Positions 18,095-27,421 of a DNA stretch of 64,000 nt are shown piece by piece. The DNA is from an uncultured Planctomycetales bacterium (GTDB lineage: Bacteria; Omnitrophota; Gorgyraeia; Gygaellales; Profunditerraquicolaceae), in NCBI GenBank assembly GCA_964579435.1, contig CAZOGI010000001.1, forward strand, positions 157,907-221,906. The letters are read 5' to 3'. A program made the position numbers and the translations under genes. A model generated the notes under the pieces. That model searched no databases, was not told the origin of the DNA, and saw nothing but the letters and a program-made list of their open reading frames with translations. How positions within the stretch are numbered: the stretch's first letter is position 1; each line of letters opens with the position of its first letter.

Positions 18095-20008
18095 TCACCG
18101 CCTCGACTCCTTGAGATGCCGTTTGATCTGTTCGGCCAACCCCGGCGCGGACAGTCCGAAAAGGTTCAAGAGCACCTCCCGGTTCCCGCAGGGCAGAAAA
18201 GCGTCCGGGAGCCCGAAGGCCGTCACCGGCCGCTGCAGCGCCTCCTGCAGCGCGCTGCCGAAGCCGCCGGCAACGACGCCGTCTTCGGCCGAAAAAAGAA
18301 TCGGCGCGTCGGCGGCGAGCGTCTTGAGTGCATCCGCATCCAGCGGTTTGACGAACCGGCCGTTGACCACCGTTCCCCGGATCCCCTCCTGGCGCAACGC
18401 CTCGGCAGCCTTAACGGCAGGCTCGACCATGCTGCCTGCCGCAAAAAGGCAATACTCCCTGCCCTGCGTCAACGCCTCGGCCTTGCCCAGTTCCAGGGGT
18501 TCCCCCCCGAAGGAGTCCTCCGGAACCGCTGCCTTGGGATACCGCAGCGCAACCGGTCTTTTCAGGGTGAACGCGAACGCCAACATCTGCTCCATTTCGG
18601 CGCCGCTGGAGGGGACCATGACGACCATGTGGGGGATGCTGCGCAGAAATGCCAGATCGAACGCACCCTGATGGGTCGCCCCGTCCTCGCCGACCACCCC
18701 GGCGCGGTCGATGACGAAAACGACCGGCACGTTCTGCAGGGCGACGCATTCGACGATGTGGTCGTATGCCCGCTGCAGGAACGTCGAGTAGATGGCAACC
18801 ACGGGCCGCATCCCCTGCCGGGCCAGACCGCCGGCGAACGAAACGGCGTGTCCTTCGGCGATGCCGACGTCAAAAAACCGTTTCGGAAAAGCGTCGCGAA
18901 AATCGCTCAAGCCCGTGCCTTCCGGCATCGCGGCTGTAATCGCGACGATGCGCTCATCGGATCGAGCCAGGGAAACCAGCTTCTTGCCGAAAACCGCGGT
19001 GTAGCTGGGCCGCGCATCCTTCTTCGGCGGACGGGGAGCTCCCGAGGCGATCTCAAACGGCGGGGCGCTGTGGAAACGAACGGGATCTTTCTCCGCCGGG
19101 ACGTAGCCCTTGCCCTTCTTGGTGACCGCATGAAAGAGCACCGGCCCTTTGGCGGTCGCCAGGATATTGCGCAGGGTCGCAATCATCGCTGACAGATTGT
19201 GCCCGTCGAACGGCCCGAAGTAGCGGAACCCCAGCTCTTCGAAAAACATCCCCGGCACGAAAAGCCCCTTGAGCCCTTCCTCGAATTTATTCGCCAGCGC
19301 CAGCAGCCGCGACCCGCGCGGGATGCGCGCCTCAATGAAGTGATCGAGCGAATTCTTGAACCGGTTATACAGCGGCTGCGAAATGATCTTGTTGAGGTAG
19401 GTGCTCAGGGCTCCGACGTTCGGCGCGATCGAAAGCTCGTTTGTATTGAGAACCACGAGCATGTCTTTTTTCAGGTGCCCGGCGTTGTTGAGCCCTTCAA
19501 AACACAGTCCGCCGCTCAAGGAACCGTCCCCGATCACCGCCGCGACGCGGAATGCCCCCTCCGGGGGGAGCAGATCACGCGCGCAGACCAGGCCCAGCGC
19601 CAGAGAGATCGCGGTCGAGCTGTGGCCGGTCGTGAACGGATCGAACTCCGATTCATCCTTGCAGGGAAAACCTGTCAACCCCTGGTACTGGCGCAGGTTT
19701 TCAAAAGAAACGTTGCGGCCGGTGAGGATCTTATGGGCGTAGGCCTGGTGACCGACATCCCAAATAATCTTATCCCGTGGGGTATTCAGGCAATAGTGCA
19801 GCGCGATCGCCAGCTCAACCACGCCCAGGCTTGAGGCGAGATGCCCTCCGGTGCGCGCGGTCACCTGGATAATGCGCGCACGGATTTCTTCGGCAAGCAC
19901 CGGCAGCTCTTCCGGAAGGAACCGCCGCAGATCTTCGGGACCTCGTATTTTCTCAAGTATCACGGCGCACACGCTCCTGCGGTCAGGATTCGGTTTCCGG
20001 CTCTTCAA
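18095..20008 (-). CDS. dxs: 1-deoxy-D-xylulose-5-phosphate synthase
   Basis: GGHLASSLG and DVGHQAY motifs, and the GDG TPP-binding motif. 637 aa. Confidence 0.85.
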   Translation of the reverse strand: MKSRKPNPDRRSVCAVILEKIRGPEDLRRFLPEELPVLAEEIRARIIQVTARTGGHLASSLGVVELAIALHYCLNTPRDKIIWDVGHQAYAHKILTGRNVSFENLRQYQGLTGFPCKDESEFDPFTTGHSSTAISLALGLVCARDLLPPEGAFRVAAVIGDGSLSGGLCFEGLNNAGHLKKDMLVVLNTNELSIAPNVGALSTYLNKIISQPLYNRFKNSLDHFIEARIPRGSRLLALANKFEEGLKGLFVPGMFFEELGFRYFGPFDGHNLSAMIATLRNILATAKGPVLFHAVTKKGKGYVPAEKDPVRFHSAPPFEIASGAPRPPKKDARPSYTAVFGKKLVSLARSDERIVAITAAMPEGTGLSDFRDAFPKRFFDVGIAEGHAVSFAGGLARQGMRPVVAIYSTFLQRAYDHIVECVALQNVPVVFVIDRAGVVGEDGATHQGAFDLAFLRSIPHMVVMVPSSGAEMEQMLAFAFTLKRPVALRYPKAAVPEDSFGGEPLELGKAEALTQGREYCLFAAGSMVEPAVKAAEALRQEGIRGTVVNGRFVKPLDADALKTLAADAPILFSAEDGVVAGGFGSALQEALQRPVTAFGLPDAFLPCGNREVLLNLFGLSAPGLAEQIKRHLKESRR

Positions 20009-20219
20009 AAGGCGACAACTCGAACTCGCCCTTTTTATTCTTGGTCAAAACGTCGATCTTCTTGCGCGCGGCCTCCAGCTTCTGTCCGAGCTGGCGCGCC
20101 AAATCGACCCCCTCCTGATACCGCTTGAGCGCCTCATCGAGCGTCAGATCTCCCTTTTCCAAATCCTCGACGATACGCTCCAGTTTTTTGAGTGCCTCCT
20201 CGAACTTAAGCTCTGCCAT
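19983..20219 (-). CDS. xseB: exodeoxyribonuclease VII small subunit
   Basis: MAELKFEEALKKLERIVEDLEKGDLTLDEAL, the canonical XseB sequence. Confidence 0.8.
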   Translation of the reverse strand: MAELKFEEALKKLERIVEDLEKGDLTLDEALKRYQEGVDLARQLGQKLEAARKKIDVLTKNKKGEFELSPFEEPETES

Positions 20220-20255
20220 GCCCTGCCTCGCTTTGCGCTGAACCGGTGCGCATTT

Positions 20256-21596
20256 TTAATTTCCCCCGGGCTCGATCCCGGTAACCGTGCTGATAACCTC
20301 TCCCCGGGAGAGCCGCGTTCGCAGCCGCTGTCCCGGAGCGAGCGTCGCGGCATCCTTCACCACCGCGCCGGAAGGATCCTCAAAGGTAATACTGTACCCC
20401 CGCGCCAAAACCGTCAGGGGGCTGAGGCTCTGGAGTTTCGCGGTCAGGGTGGAAAATGCGGCGGCGCGCAGCGCCACCAAATGCGCTGCCTCCTGTGTCA
20501 GGCGCGTCAGGCACTGCCGCAACTGCTCCCGCGAGCGCACGACGTGCGCGCGGGGATTGACCAAAAACAGCTTTTTGAACGCCGCCTCCGCGCTCTGCCG
20601 GCGTAAGGCAAGGGCATGTTCCGCCGTCACCCCCAGGCGCCGCTTCAGATCCTGGACATCCTGTGAGCAACGCTCTATCTCTTCCCGCAGCAGGCGCCGC
20701 AGGCCCTGCAGGGCAACCCCGAGGCGCCCCGACAGATCCTCCTTCCGGGGGATCACCAGCTCCGCGGCAACCGACGGCGTCGCCGCGCGGACATCGGCGA
20801 CCAGATCGGCAATCGTCCAATCGCTCTCGTGACCGACCGCCGAGACGACGGGGATCGTCGAATCGTAGATCGCGCGGGCCACCGCTTCTTCGTTAAACGC
20901 CCACAGATCTTCGATGCTGCCCCCGCCCCGCCCGACGATCAAAACCTCGACGCGCTCGGTCGCGGGAACGGCGCGATTGTAGTCATTGAAATCCTGAATC
21001 GCCCTGACAATATCCTCTTTCGCCCCCTCTCCCTGCACACGCACGGGAGCGATAAGGACCGGAACGCTGGCGTGACGGCGCGCGCAGACCTTCAGGATAT
21101 CCCGCAGCGCAGCACCCTGTGCGGAGGTAACTACCCCTACGCGACCGGGGAGTGCCGGCAAGGCCCGTTTATGCTCCAGCGCGAACAACCCTTGAGCCTG
21201 CAGTTTCTTCTTCAGCTGCTCCAAGGCTAGTTGCAGGCTCCCGATCCCTTGCGGCTCCATCTTGGCGATGACCAGCTGGTACCGGCCATGGGGCGGGTAC
21301 ACTTCGACGGATCCGAAACAGACCACCTTTTGCCCGTCCTGCAGCTTAAACGGGATGGCGGAGGCAGCGCGGTTGAAAACCACGGCCTGCAGGAGCGCCT
21401 CGCTGTCTTTCAAAGAAAAATACCAATGTCCGGCAGCCGAGCATTTGCAATTGGAAATCTCCCCCTCCACCCATACGTCGCAAAAGGTCTGCTCCAGGAT
21501 ACTGCGGATATCGCGGGTGATCTCCGCGACCGAGTAGACGCGGCGCTCTTCTGCCGCGGGCGCAGGGGATAAAGCGACATGAGAGCGTGGGCGCAT
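20256..21596 (-). CDS. xseA: exodeoxyribonuclease VII large subunit
   Basis: OB-fold N-terminus VWVEGEISN and the XseA catalytic region. Confidence 0.85.
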   Translation of the reverse strand: MRPRSHVALSPAPAAEERRVYSVAEITRDIRSILEQTFCDVWVEGEISNCKCSAAGHWYFSLKDSEALLQAVVFNRAASAIPFKLQDGQKVVCFGSVEVYPPHGRYQLVIAKMEPQGIGSLQLALEQLKKKLQAQGLFALEHKRALPALPGRVGVVTSAQGAALRDILKVCARRHASVPVLIAPVRVQGEGAKEDIVRAIQDFNDYNRAVPATERVEVLIVGRGGGSIEDLWAFNEEAVARAIYDSTIPVVSAVGHESDWTIADLVADVRAATPSVAAELVIPRKEDLSGRLGVALQGLRRLLREEIERCSQDVQDLKRRLGVTAEHALALRRQSAEAAFKKLFLVNPRAHVVRSREQLRQCLTRLTQEAAHLVALRAAAFSTLTAKLQSLSPLTVLARGYSITFEDPSGAVVKDAATLAPGQRLRTRLSRGEVISTVTGIEPGGN

Positions 21597-23383
21597 CAGG
21601 GGGTCTCCCCGGGCTCAACCGCCGGCGGCGCGGCGGGGATATCTTTTCGTAAGACCAAAAGCTGGAGCGAATAGGGCAAGAGCGGCAGGAGGAGTTCCGG
21701 CTCTTTCTCCGGCTCCAGCAGCCGCGTCTCCAGCGGCTCAAAGGCCTGTTCCTGATTGGCCCCGTCTATCGCGAAACGCTGGTACTGATACCTGCCGGGG
21801 GCATTGCGCAGGCGCACGCGCAGGTGCCGGGGGTGTTCCTTTGCCTGCTCTGCCGCAGCGCGCAATTCCTGCGCCTCCTGCACGACCGTGCGCAACCGCC
21901 GGGTGAGACGGACGGTGCGCGGATTGATCGAGCCTTTGAGTAAATCTTCAAACTGCCCCGTAGAGACGAGATTCAAGAGTATCCGCCGCTCCCCTTCGCG
22001 CAATCCGGCGATCATGCGCGAGAGCAAACTGCGCACGGGATCCGGATCGATATACTGCGCGATCAGGATCGCGAAACCGTCGGGGGTCCGGGTGGGGATG
22101 ACCGTGACGAAATCGTCGTTCGTGCGCACCCCGGAGACGATCCAATTCTTCCCGAGGCGGGAGAGCATCCGCAGCGCCCCGTAAACCGCTTTTCCCTGTC
22201 CCTTGTAATCGCGACTCTGTGCGTCGTAGGAAAAAGCCCCGACGTTACGCACGACGCCGGCGGGATTCGCCTTAAAATCCTCGAGGCAGAAAAAAAGGGC
22301 GTAATCGATCCCCGCCTCGTACATCCCCTTCAGGCGCGCCGGCAGATAGCTGGCGCTGATATGGGAGGCCCCGCCGCGTTCGGACGCATCGTTGGCGCCG
22401 GCGTCGAAATTCCATTCTGAGACAATGAGAGGGGTCGTATGGTCGAATTTGAAATACCGCAGCCAGTCGCGGATCAGATAGACGGCACTACGCCGCTTGT
22501 ACACGCTCTGTTCCTGCTCTACCTTCGGATCGGTCGCGTAGGCATGCCAACTGATAAAATCGAGCGGCAGCCGGTAATGGAAACAGAACCGGATCAGTTC
22601 GTACATGAGGCTGCGCTCGGGGTTCAGCGCGGTGTTTCCGTCTATCGTCTGGAACCACCAGCTGGTGCTGGGGCCCCCAACCGGGATCTGGAGGCCGTAT
22701 TGCGCTTCCAGCTCCTTGACCGCCTCTGCAACCGCACGGTACAGGTACAGATACTCTAACTTGCTGCCGAGAAAAAAGCCGTCCAAATCCGGCGCGCTCC
22801 AAACCTCATACCAAACGGCGTAGCGTTTTTCGCAGCTTAAAAGACGGATCAACTCTTTGACCAGCGCTTTGTACGCGCGCATATCGACCGGCGGGCTTTT
22901 GGGATCAAGCACCTTGCCCAGCCCGGCCGGCGTCCCGAAAAGGCTCAAGAGGACCGTTCCTCCTCCGTCGCTGATCTCCTTGATGATCGTCTCGTAATTG
23001 CGCAACAAGGCCTGCTGTTGAGCGGGGTCCTTGGCAAGCTCATGCACCTGCCAGAGGTTATAGCGCAGACGCAGCATCCCGGCGCGGCCGATCTCGGAAA
23101 ACCAGACGTCCAAGACATGCGGGTCGGCCACCGATTTCGGCCACGCCGGGTCGGCGTGGAAACCGCGTCCGCTGATGTCGATGTTCGGCTGGAAAATCTG
23201 CGGAAGGGGCACGGGGGGCGAGGCCAAGTCAAGGGTTACCTCAACGGTCTTGGCCGCAGCATCCGGCAGCGCAGCCAGCGGCTGCGAGCGCGCGCAACAG
23301 AAACACGCCGCAAAAAAAAGCGCGGCGCATCCGCTGCCGCGCAGGCGGCGGATCAGGCACAGGGCGAAAGGTTCATGCGGCAT
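21596..23383 (-). CDS. secreted glycoside-hydrolase-like protein (TIM-barrel type, family uncertain)
   Basis: Start at internal ATG 23383 (MPHEPFALCLIRRLRGSGCAALFFAACFCCA signal). Central region has a (beta/alpha)8-like pattern and IVSEWNFDAG. The C-terminal third is unassigned. Confidence 0.4.
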   Translation of the reverse strand: MPHEPFALCLIRRLRGSGCAALFFAACFCCARSQPLAALPDAAAKTVEVTLDLASPPVPLPQIFQPNIDISGRGFHADPAWPKSVADPHVLDVWFSEIGRAGMLRLRYNLWQVHELAKDPAQQQALLRNYETIIKEISDGGGTVLLSLFGTPAGLGKVLDPKSPPVDMRAYKALVKELIRLLSCEKRYAVWYEVWSAPDLDGFFLGSKLEYLYLYRAVAEAVKELEAQYGLQIPVGGPSTSWWFQTIDGNTALNPERSLMYELIRFCFHYRLPLDFISWHAYATDPKVEQEQSVYKRRSAVYLIRDWLRYFKFDHTTPLIVSEWNFDAGANDASERGGASHISASYLPARLKGMYEAGIDYALFFCLEDFKANPAGVVRNVGAFSYDAQSRDYKGQGKAVYGALRMLSRLGKNWIVSGVRTNDDFVTVIPTRTPDGFAILIAQYIDPDPVRSLLSRMIAGLREGERRILLNLVSTGQFEDLLKGSINPRTVRLTRRLRTVVQEAQELRAAAEQAKEHPRHLRVRLRNAPGRYQYQRFAIDGANQEQAFEPLETRLLEPEKEPELLLPLLPYSLQLLVLRKDIPAAPPAVEPGETP

Positions 23384-24158
23384 ATTTTTCGTGGATGCGC
23401 CGGATCTGCGTGGCTCTTCCCGTCCGCTCATCGATATCGACGAGCGCCCCGCACAAACGGACATCCCCGCTGGCAACTTCGAACCGCTTGGGCACACTGT
23501 ACAGAAAACGTTCCAGCACATCTTCGGTCCGGCGCCCGATGACCGAATCATAGGGCCCGCTCATTCCCGCATCAGTCAGATAGGCGCAGCCGCCGGGCAG
23601 AATCGTCTCGTCGGCGGTCTGGATATGGGTATGCGTGCCGATCACCGCCGAAACGGTCCCGTCGAGGAAACGGCCGAAGGCGACCTTCTCAGAGGTCGCC
23701 TCGGCGTGGATATCGACGATAATGACCGGGGATTCCTCGCGCATCTTCGTGACCGCCTCGCGGGCGCTGCGGAAGGGACACTCGATCGGCTGCATGAAAA
23801 CGCGGCCCTGCACGTTCAAAACACCGATCTTGCTGCCGCCGGGCAGCGTATACAGGCCATACCCGCGCCCGGGGACTCCGGGAGGCAGGTTGAGCGGCCG
23901 CAGGATACGCACGTCCCGCTCGATACAGTCGAATATCTCGCGCTTCTTCCAGACGTGATCGCCGGCGGTGATGACCGAAACCCCGGCATCGAAGAGCTCC
24001 GCGGCGACGTGCGGGGTGATCCCCGAGCCGCCCGCGGCGTTCTCGGCATTGGCCACGACGAAGTCGATTCCTTCGCCCTCCCGCAGGCGCGGCACCAGGT
24101 GCCTGACCGCTTCCCGGCCGGGATTCCCGACGATATCCCCGATAAAAAGGATGCGCAT
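23373..24158 (-). CDS. ymdB: YmdB-like metallophosphoesterase (TIGR00282)
   Basis: MRILFIGDIVG, GDHVW, GTHTH motifs. Immediately downstream of rny, as in Bacillus. Confidence 0.8.
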   Translation of the reverse strand: MRILFIGDIVGNPGREAVRHLVPRLREGEGIDFVVANAENAAGGSGITPHVAAELFDAGVSVITAGDHVWKKREIFDCIERDVRILRPLNLPPGVPGRGYGLYTLPGGSKIGVLNVQGRVFMQPIECPFRSAREAVTKMREESPVIIVDIHAEATSEKVAFGRFLDGTVSAVIGTHTHIQTADETILPGGCAYLTDAGMSGPYDSVIGRRTEDVLERFLYSVPKRFEVASGDVRLCGALVDIDERTGRATQIRRIHEKYAA

Positions 24159-24168
24159 GGCCGCCCGT

Positions 24169-25725
24169 TTATTTTGCGTACTCGATCGAGCGCGTTTCGC
24201 GGATGACGCACACTTTTATCTGGCCCGGATACTCCATGCCTTCTTCGATCTTCTTGCGGATTTCCCGCGCCAGGTTCAGCGATTCCGCGTCGTTGAGTTT
24301 TTCCGGCTGCACGATCACCCTGATCTCGCGCCCGGCCTGAATGGCATAGGATTTCTCCACCCCTTTGAAGAGATTGGCGATCGATTCCAGTTTGTCGAGC
24401 CGCTTGATATAGGTCTCCAGCGTCTCGCGCCGCGCGCCCGGCCGGGTGGCGCTGATGGCATCCGCCGCTATCGCCAGCAAGGCAAAGATCCCCCGGCAAT
24501 CGGTCTCCTCATGATGCGCCTCGATCGCCTCGACGACTTGCGCAGGCTCGTTGTATTTGCGCGCCAGGTCCGCGCCCAGCTTCGCGTGCGTGCCTTCCAG
24601 CTGATGATCGACTGCTTTGCCGATGTCATGGAGCAGCCCGATGCGGTGCGCGATCTTGAAATCCAGGCCCAGCTCCGAGGCCATGACCCCCAGGAGGAAG
24701 GCAACTTCTTTTGAATGCTGCAGGGCGTTCTGGCCGAAACTGGTGCGGTACCTGAGCCTGCCCAACAGCTTGATCAGCTCCGGATGCAGGTTCGTCACGC
24801 CGGCTTCGAACGCCGCGCGCTCCCCTTCCTCGCGGATCTTCTCCTCCATCTCTTTCTTGGCCTTCTCGACGACTTCCTCGATGCGTCCGGGATGGATCCG
24901 CCCGTCCCCGATCAGCTTCTCCAGCGCCGTGCGCGCGATCTCGCGCCGCACCGTGTCGAACGCCGAAAGCGTCACCGCCTCAGGGGTATCGTCGATGATC
25001 ACGTCAACCCCCGTCGCCATCTCAAAGGCGCGGATATTGCGGCCTTCCCTCCCGATCACCCGTCCCTTCATTTCGTCATTCGGGAGGTTGACCACGCTGA
25101 CCGTCGACTCCACCGAATGTTCGGCAGCGCAGCGCTGGATGGCGAGGCTGATGGTCTCGCGCGCCTTCTTTTCCGCGATTTGGCGCAGCTCTTCCTCCTG
25201 GCGTTTGATCAGCACCGCTTTTTCGTTGTTCAGTTCCTCGTTGAGACGGTTCAGGAGTATCTGCTTGGCCTCCTCGGCGGAGAGAGAGGATATTTTTTGC
25301 AGGCGCTCCTTCTCTTCCCCGATCAAGGAATGCAGGTGCTGCTCTTTGGCGCGGGCCGATTCCTCCTGCTTCTTTACTTCCTCCTGCTTGACGGCAATCT
25401 CTTTTTCCTTGTTATCCAGCAAGTCCAGGCGCCGATCGATATTCTCCTCTTTCTGAGCCAGGCGACGCTCCAGGGAAGAGATTTCCTGGCGCCGCTCCTG
25501 CGTGGAACGTTCGAAGTCTTGGCGCAGCTTATAGAGGGCGTCTTTTGCCTCCAGCTCCGCCTCGCGGCGCCGGTCCTGTATTTCGCGCTTGGCCTGTTCC
25601 ATGATCTGCTGGGCCTGCGCTTCGGCATCCTTAACCTTTTTGGCTGCCACGGCCTTACGTAGAAGATATCCTCCGGCAAAGGCGGCGGCGGCAACAACGA
25701 GTGTTACCGGGATGAGATAAAGCAT
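24169..25725 (-). CDS. rny: ribonuclease Y
   Basis: N-terminal TM helix, coiled coil, KH domain ([11 protein letters not shown]) and HD domain (LLHDIGKA). Start at ATG 25725 with AAGGGGG 10 nt upstream. Confidence 0.85.
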   Translation of the reverse strand: MLYLIPVTLVVAAAAFAGGYLLRKAVAAKKVKDAEAQAQQIMEQAKREIQDRRREAELEAKDALYKLRQDFERSTQERRQEISSLERRLAQKEENIDRRLDLLDNKEKEIAVKQEEVKKQEESARAKEQHLHSLIGEEKERLQKISSLSAEEAKQILLNRLNEELNNEKAVLIKRQEEELRQIAEKKARETISLAIQRCAAEHSVESTVSVVNLPNDEMKGRVIGREGRNIRAFEMATGVDVIIDDTPEAVTLSAFDTVRREIARTALEKLIGDGRIHPGRIEEVVEKAKKEMEEKIREEGERAAFEAGVTNLHPELIKLLGRLRYRTSFGQNALQHSKEVAFLLGVMASELGLDFKIAHRIGLLHDIGKAVDHQLEGTHAKLGADLARKYNEPAQVVEAIEAHHEETDCRGIFALLAIAADAISATRPGARRETLETYIKRLDKLESIANLFKGVEKSYAIQAGREIRVIVQPEKLNDAESLNLAREIRKKIEEGMEYPGQIKVCVIRETRSIEYAK

Positions 25726-25824
25726 ATTGAACAAGAACCCCCTTTTTTCAAGATAGGCGTTTTTTGAACGCACAACGGCGTGATGATGCGACGACAGGGT
25801 CCTCGGCGGGGCGGAGGGTACGGT

Positions 25825-26406
25825 TTACGCCCAGATGACGCGGTTCACCCTGACGTCTCTGGCGGTGGTAGGGACAGAAGGAAGGATTTGAAAATCGTAA
25901 GCCAGGCCCACGGTCGGTGTATCCTGCGGCAGTCGGGACAAAAAAGAGTCGTAACATCCCCTGCCGCGCCCCAACCGGTTGCCGCGACGATCAAAGGCAA
26001 TGCCCGGCACGATCACTAAGTCTATATCGCGCATGCGTAAGAAGCGCTTGGCGCGGGGCTCGGGTATTCCGTAGAGCCCTTTATGCAGCCGCGCCGTCTC
26101 ATGAAAGACACACGGCCAGACCAGGTGCGGCGTGCGCGCAACCGGGACCGCAACCCGTTTTCCCCGCAGAAACGCTTCCCGTATCATGCTCCTTGTGTCC
26201 ACTTCGCCACCGAAAGAGAGGTAAAACATCACCGTTTTTGCTTTTCTAAACGCTGTTGTCCTGAACAGCTTACCTTTTATAGTACAACTCTTTTTGGTTC
26301 GCTCTTCCTCCTTCTGAGTTTTTAACAGCGCTATAATTCTACTACGCAGAGCCTGTTTTGTCAATGCTCTCCCCGGACAGGCGGCCGGAAACAATGTCTT
26401 TTTCAT
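25825..26406 (-). CDS. 5-formyltetrahydrofolate cyclo-ligase
   Basis: YgfA/MTHFS family: VMFYLSFGGEVDT...GNRLGRGRGCYD. Start at internal ATG 26406. Confidence 0.8.
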   Translation of the reverse strand: MKKTLFPAACPGRALTKQALRSRIIALLKTQKEEERTKKSCTIKGKLFRTTAFRKAKTVMFYLSFGGEVDTRSMIREAFLRGKRVAVPVARTPHLVWPCVFHETARLHKGLYGIPEPRAKRFLRMRDIDLVIVPGIAFDRRGNRLGRGRGCYDSFLSRLPQDTPTVGLAYDFQILPSVPTTARDVRVNRVIWA

Positions 26407-26422
26407 GGAGAAAAGCCGCCTC

Positions 26423-27109
26423 TCAAGCGCTTGGGCGGGGCGCCGCTGATGCTGCGGCGCCGGCAAGATTCTTCCGGTGCGGTCGCCGCGCAACCGCATG
26501 GTCTTTCGGCGCACGAATCGCCCGGAAACGATCGAGCTTCTGTTGCCGCTGGGCCTCTTGATAAATGAGCACCCAGGCACAGTCCTGTTCTTTATCCACC
26601 TCGCACTTGCCTTTATTCATCCCCCCGCAAGGCCCGTTCAGGAGCCCCTTGGGGCAAAGGGTGACGGGACAGATCCCGCCGGTCTGCGCGAGAACGCAGG
26701 CTCCGCACAGGGAGCATTTTTCGAGGAAATTCCCCGCGGCATCGACGGTTGCCCCGAAAACGGTATCGCACCCGGGCAGTGTCGGGGCGCTGGTGCGCGC
26801 ATTGTCTTTGACCGACTGTACCCCGAGCCCGCAGGCCAGCACCAGAAGCGCCTCGGCCTGGCGCACCTGCCCCGCGGCGCGCGCCAACTCCGCTTTCACC
26901 TGGGCTGCCACGCAGGGCGCCTTGGGGATGCGCCAGCCGACCACCGTCTTTCCCGCTTTTTCAAGCTGTTCCTTCAGGAGGCGCACCGCTGCCTCGTCGC
27001 CGGTTTTACACGTGGTGGCGCACTCGCCGCACCCGACGATGAATACCCGGTCGAGACCGCGCAGCGATTCTTCAATTGCGCCAAAGGGTTGAGCGGTGGT
27101 TATTATCAT
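26423..27109 (-). CDS. methylene-THF reductase C-terminal-like (MetV-like) Cys-rich protein
   Basis: CGECATTC...CSLCGACV...GICPVTLCPKGLLNGPCGG, as in MTHFR_C/MetV zinc-ribbon proteins. Confidence 0.5.
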   Translation of the reverse strand: MIITTAQPFGAIEESLRGLDRVFIVGCGECATTCKTGDEAAVRLLKEQLEKAGKTVVGWRIPKAPCVAAQVKAELARAAGQVRQAEALLVLACGLGVQSVKDNARTSAPTLPGCDTVFGATVDAAGNFLEKCSLCGACVLAQTGGICPVTLCPKGLLNGPCGGMNKGKCEVDKEQDCAWVLIYQEAQRQQKLDRFRAIRAPKDHAVARRPHRKNLAGAAASAAPRPSA

Positions 27110-27174
27110 GGGGGGGTCTTATCCGTAGGGGCATTGTAACACTTTTACCGGGGGGCGACAAGCAAAAACCGGGC

Positions 27175-27352
27175 AAAAAAAATCCCCGCCTGTGCCGTTG
27201 TAGCCTGGTGGGCTGTGAACCTTCCGGTTACACGTGGGTGCCCGCTCCGCAGGCACGCATGCGCCGCGGAAGAGAGGCTCCCTTTTTTTTGGTGTTGGCT
27301 CACCAATCACCAGGCTCTTGAACGAACACTGCAGGGACTCTTTTCTGCTGCA
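27175..27352 (-). ncRNA. ssrS: structured small RNA of about 177 nt, candidate 6S RNA (ssrS)
   Basis: A perfect sigma70 promoter lies upstream and the 3' end is GGCGGGGA plus eight U. Predicted fold: closing stem, an internal 9-bp perfect helix (AGCCUGGUG/CACCAGGCU), a single-stranded A8 bubble and a 47-nt terminal hairpin. It lies upstream, on the same strand, of a 5-formyl-THF cyclo-ligase gene, the conserved ssrS-ygfA synteny. No ORF. Confidence 0.45.
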
Positions 27353-27358
27353 CCTTTG

Positions 27359-27387
27359 AGTATACCACGGGGGCCCGCCTCTGTCAA
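27359..27387 (-). promoter_or_regulatory. sigma70-type promoter (TTGACA-17-TATACT) driving the ncRNA
   Basis: Minus-strand -35 TTGACA at 27387..27382, 17-nt spacer, -10 TATACT at 27364..27359. Confidence 0.6.
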
Positions 27388-27421
27388 ACCCGCGCTCTCC
27401 CGAACACAAAGGCGCGCCGCA

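Noticed and set aside
27175-27352. Signal recognition particle RNA (ffs) interpretation of the ncRNA, because of a CCGGAAGG (GGAA tetraloop) segment
   Set aside because: Flanking helix-8 residues (GUGUAACC / GGUUCACAGCC) deviate at several positions from the conserved GGUCAGGUCC / GGAAGCAGCC of bacterial SRP RNA. The overall rod with a central bubble, the length of about 177 nt and the ygfA-type synteny fit 6S RNA better.
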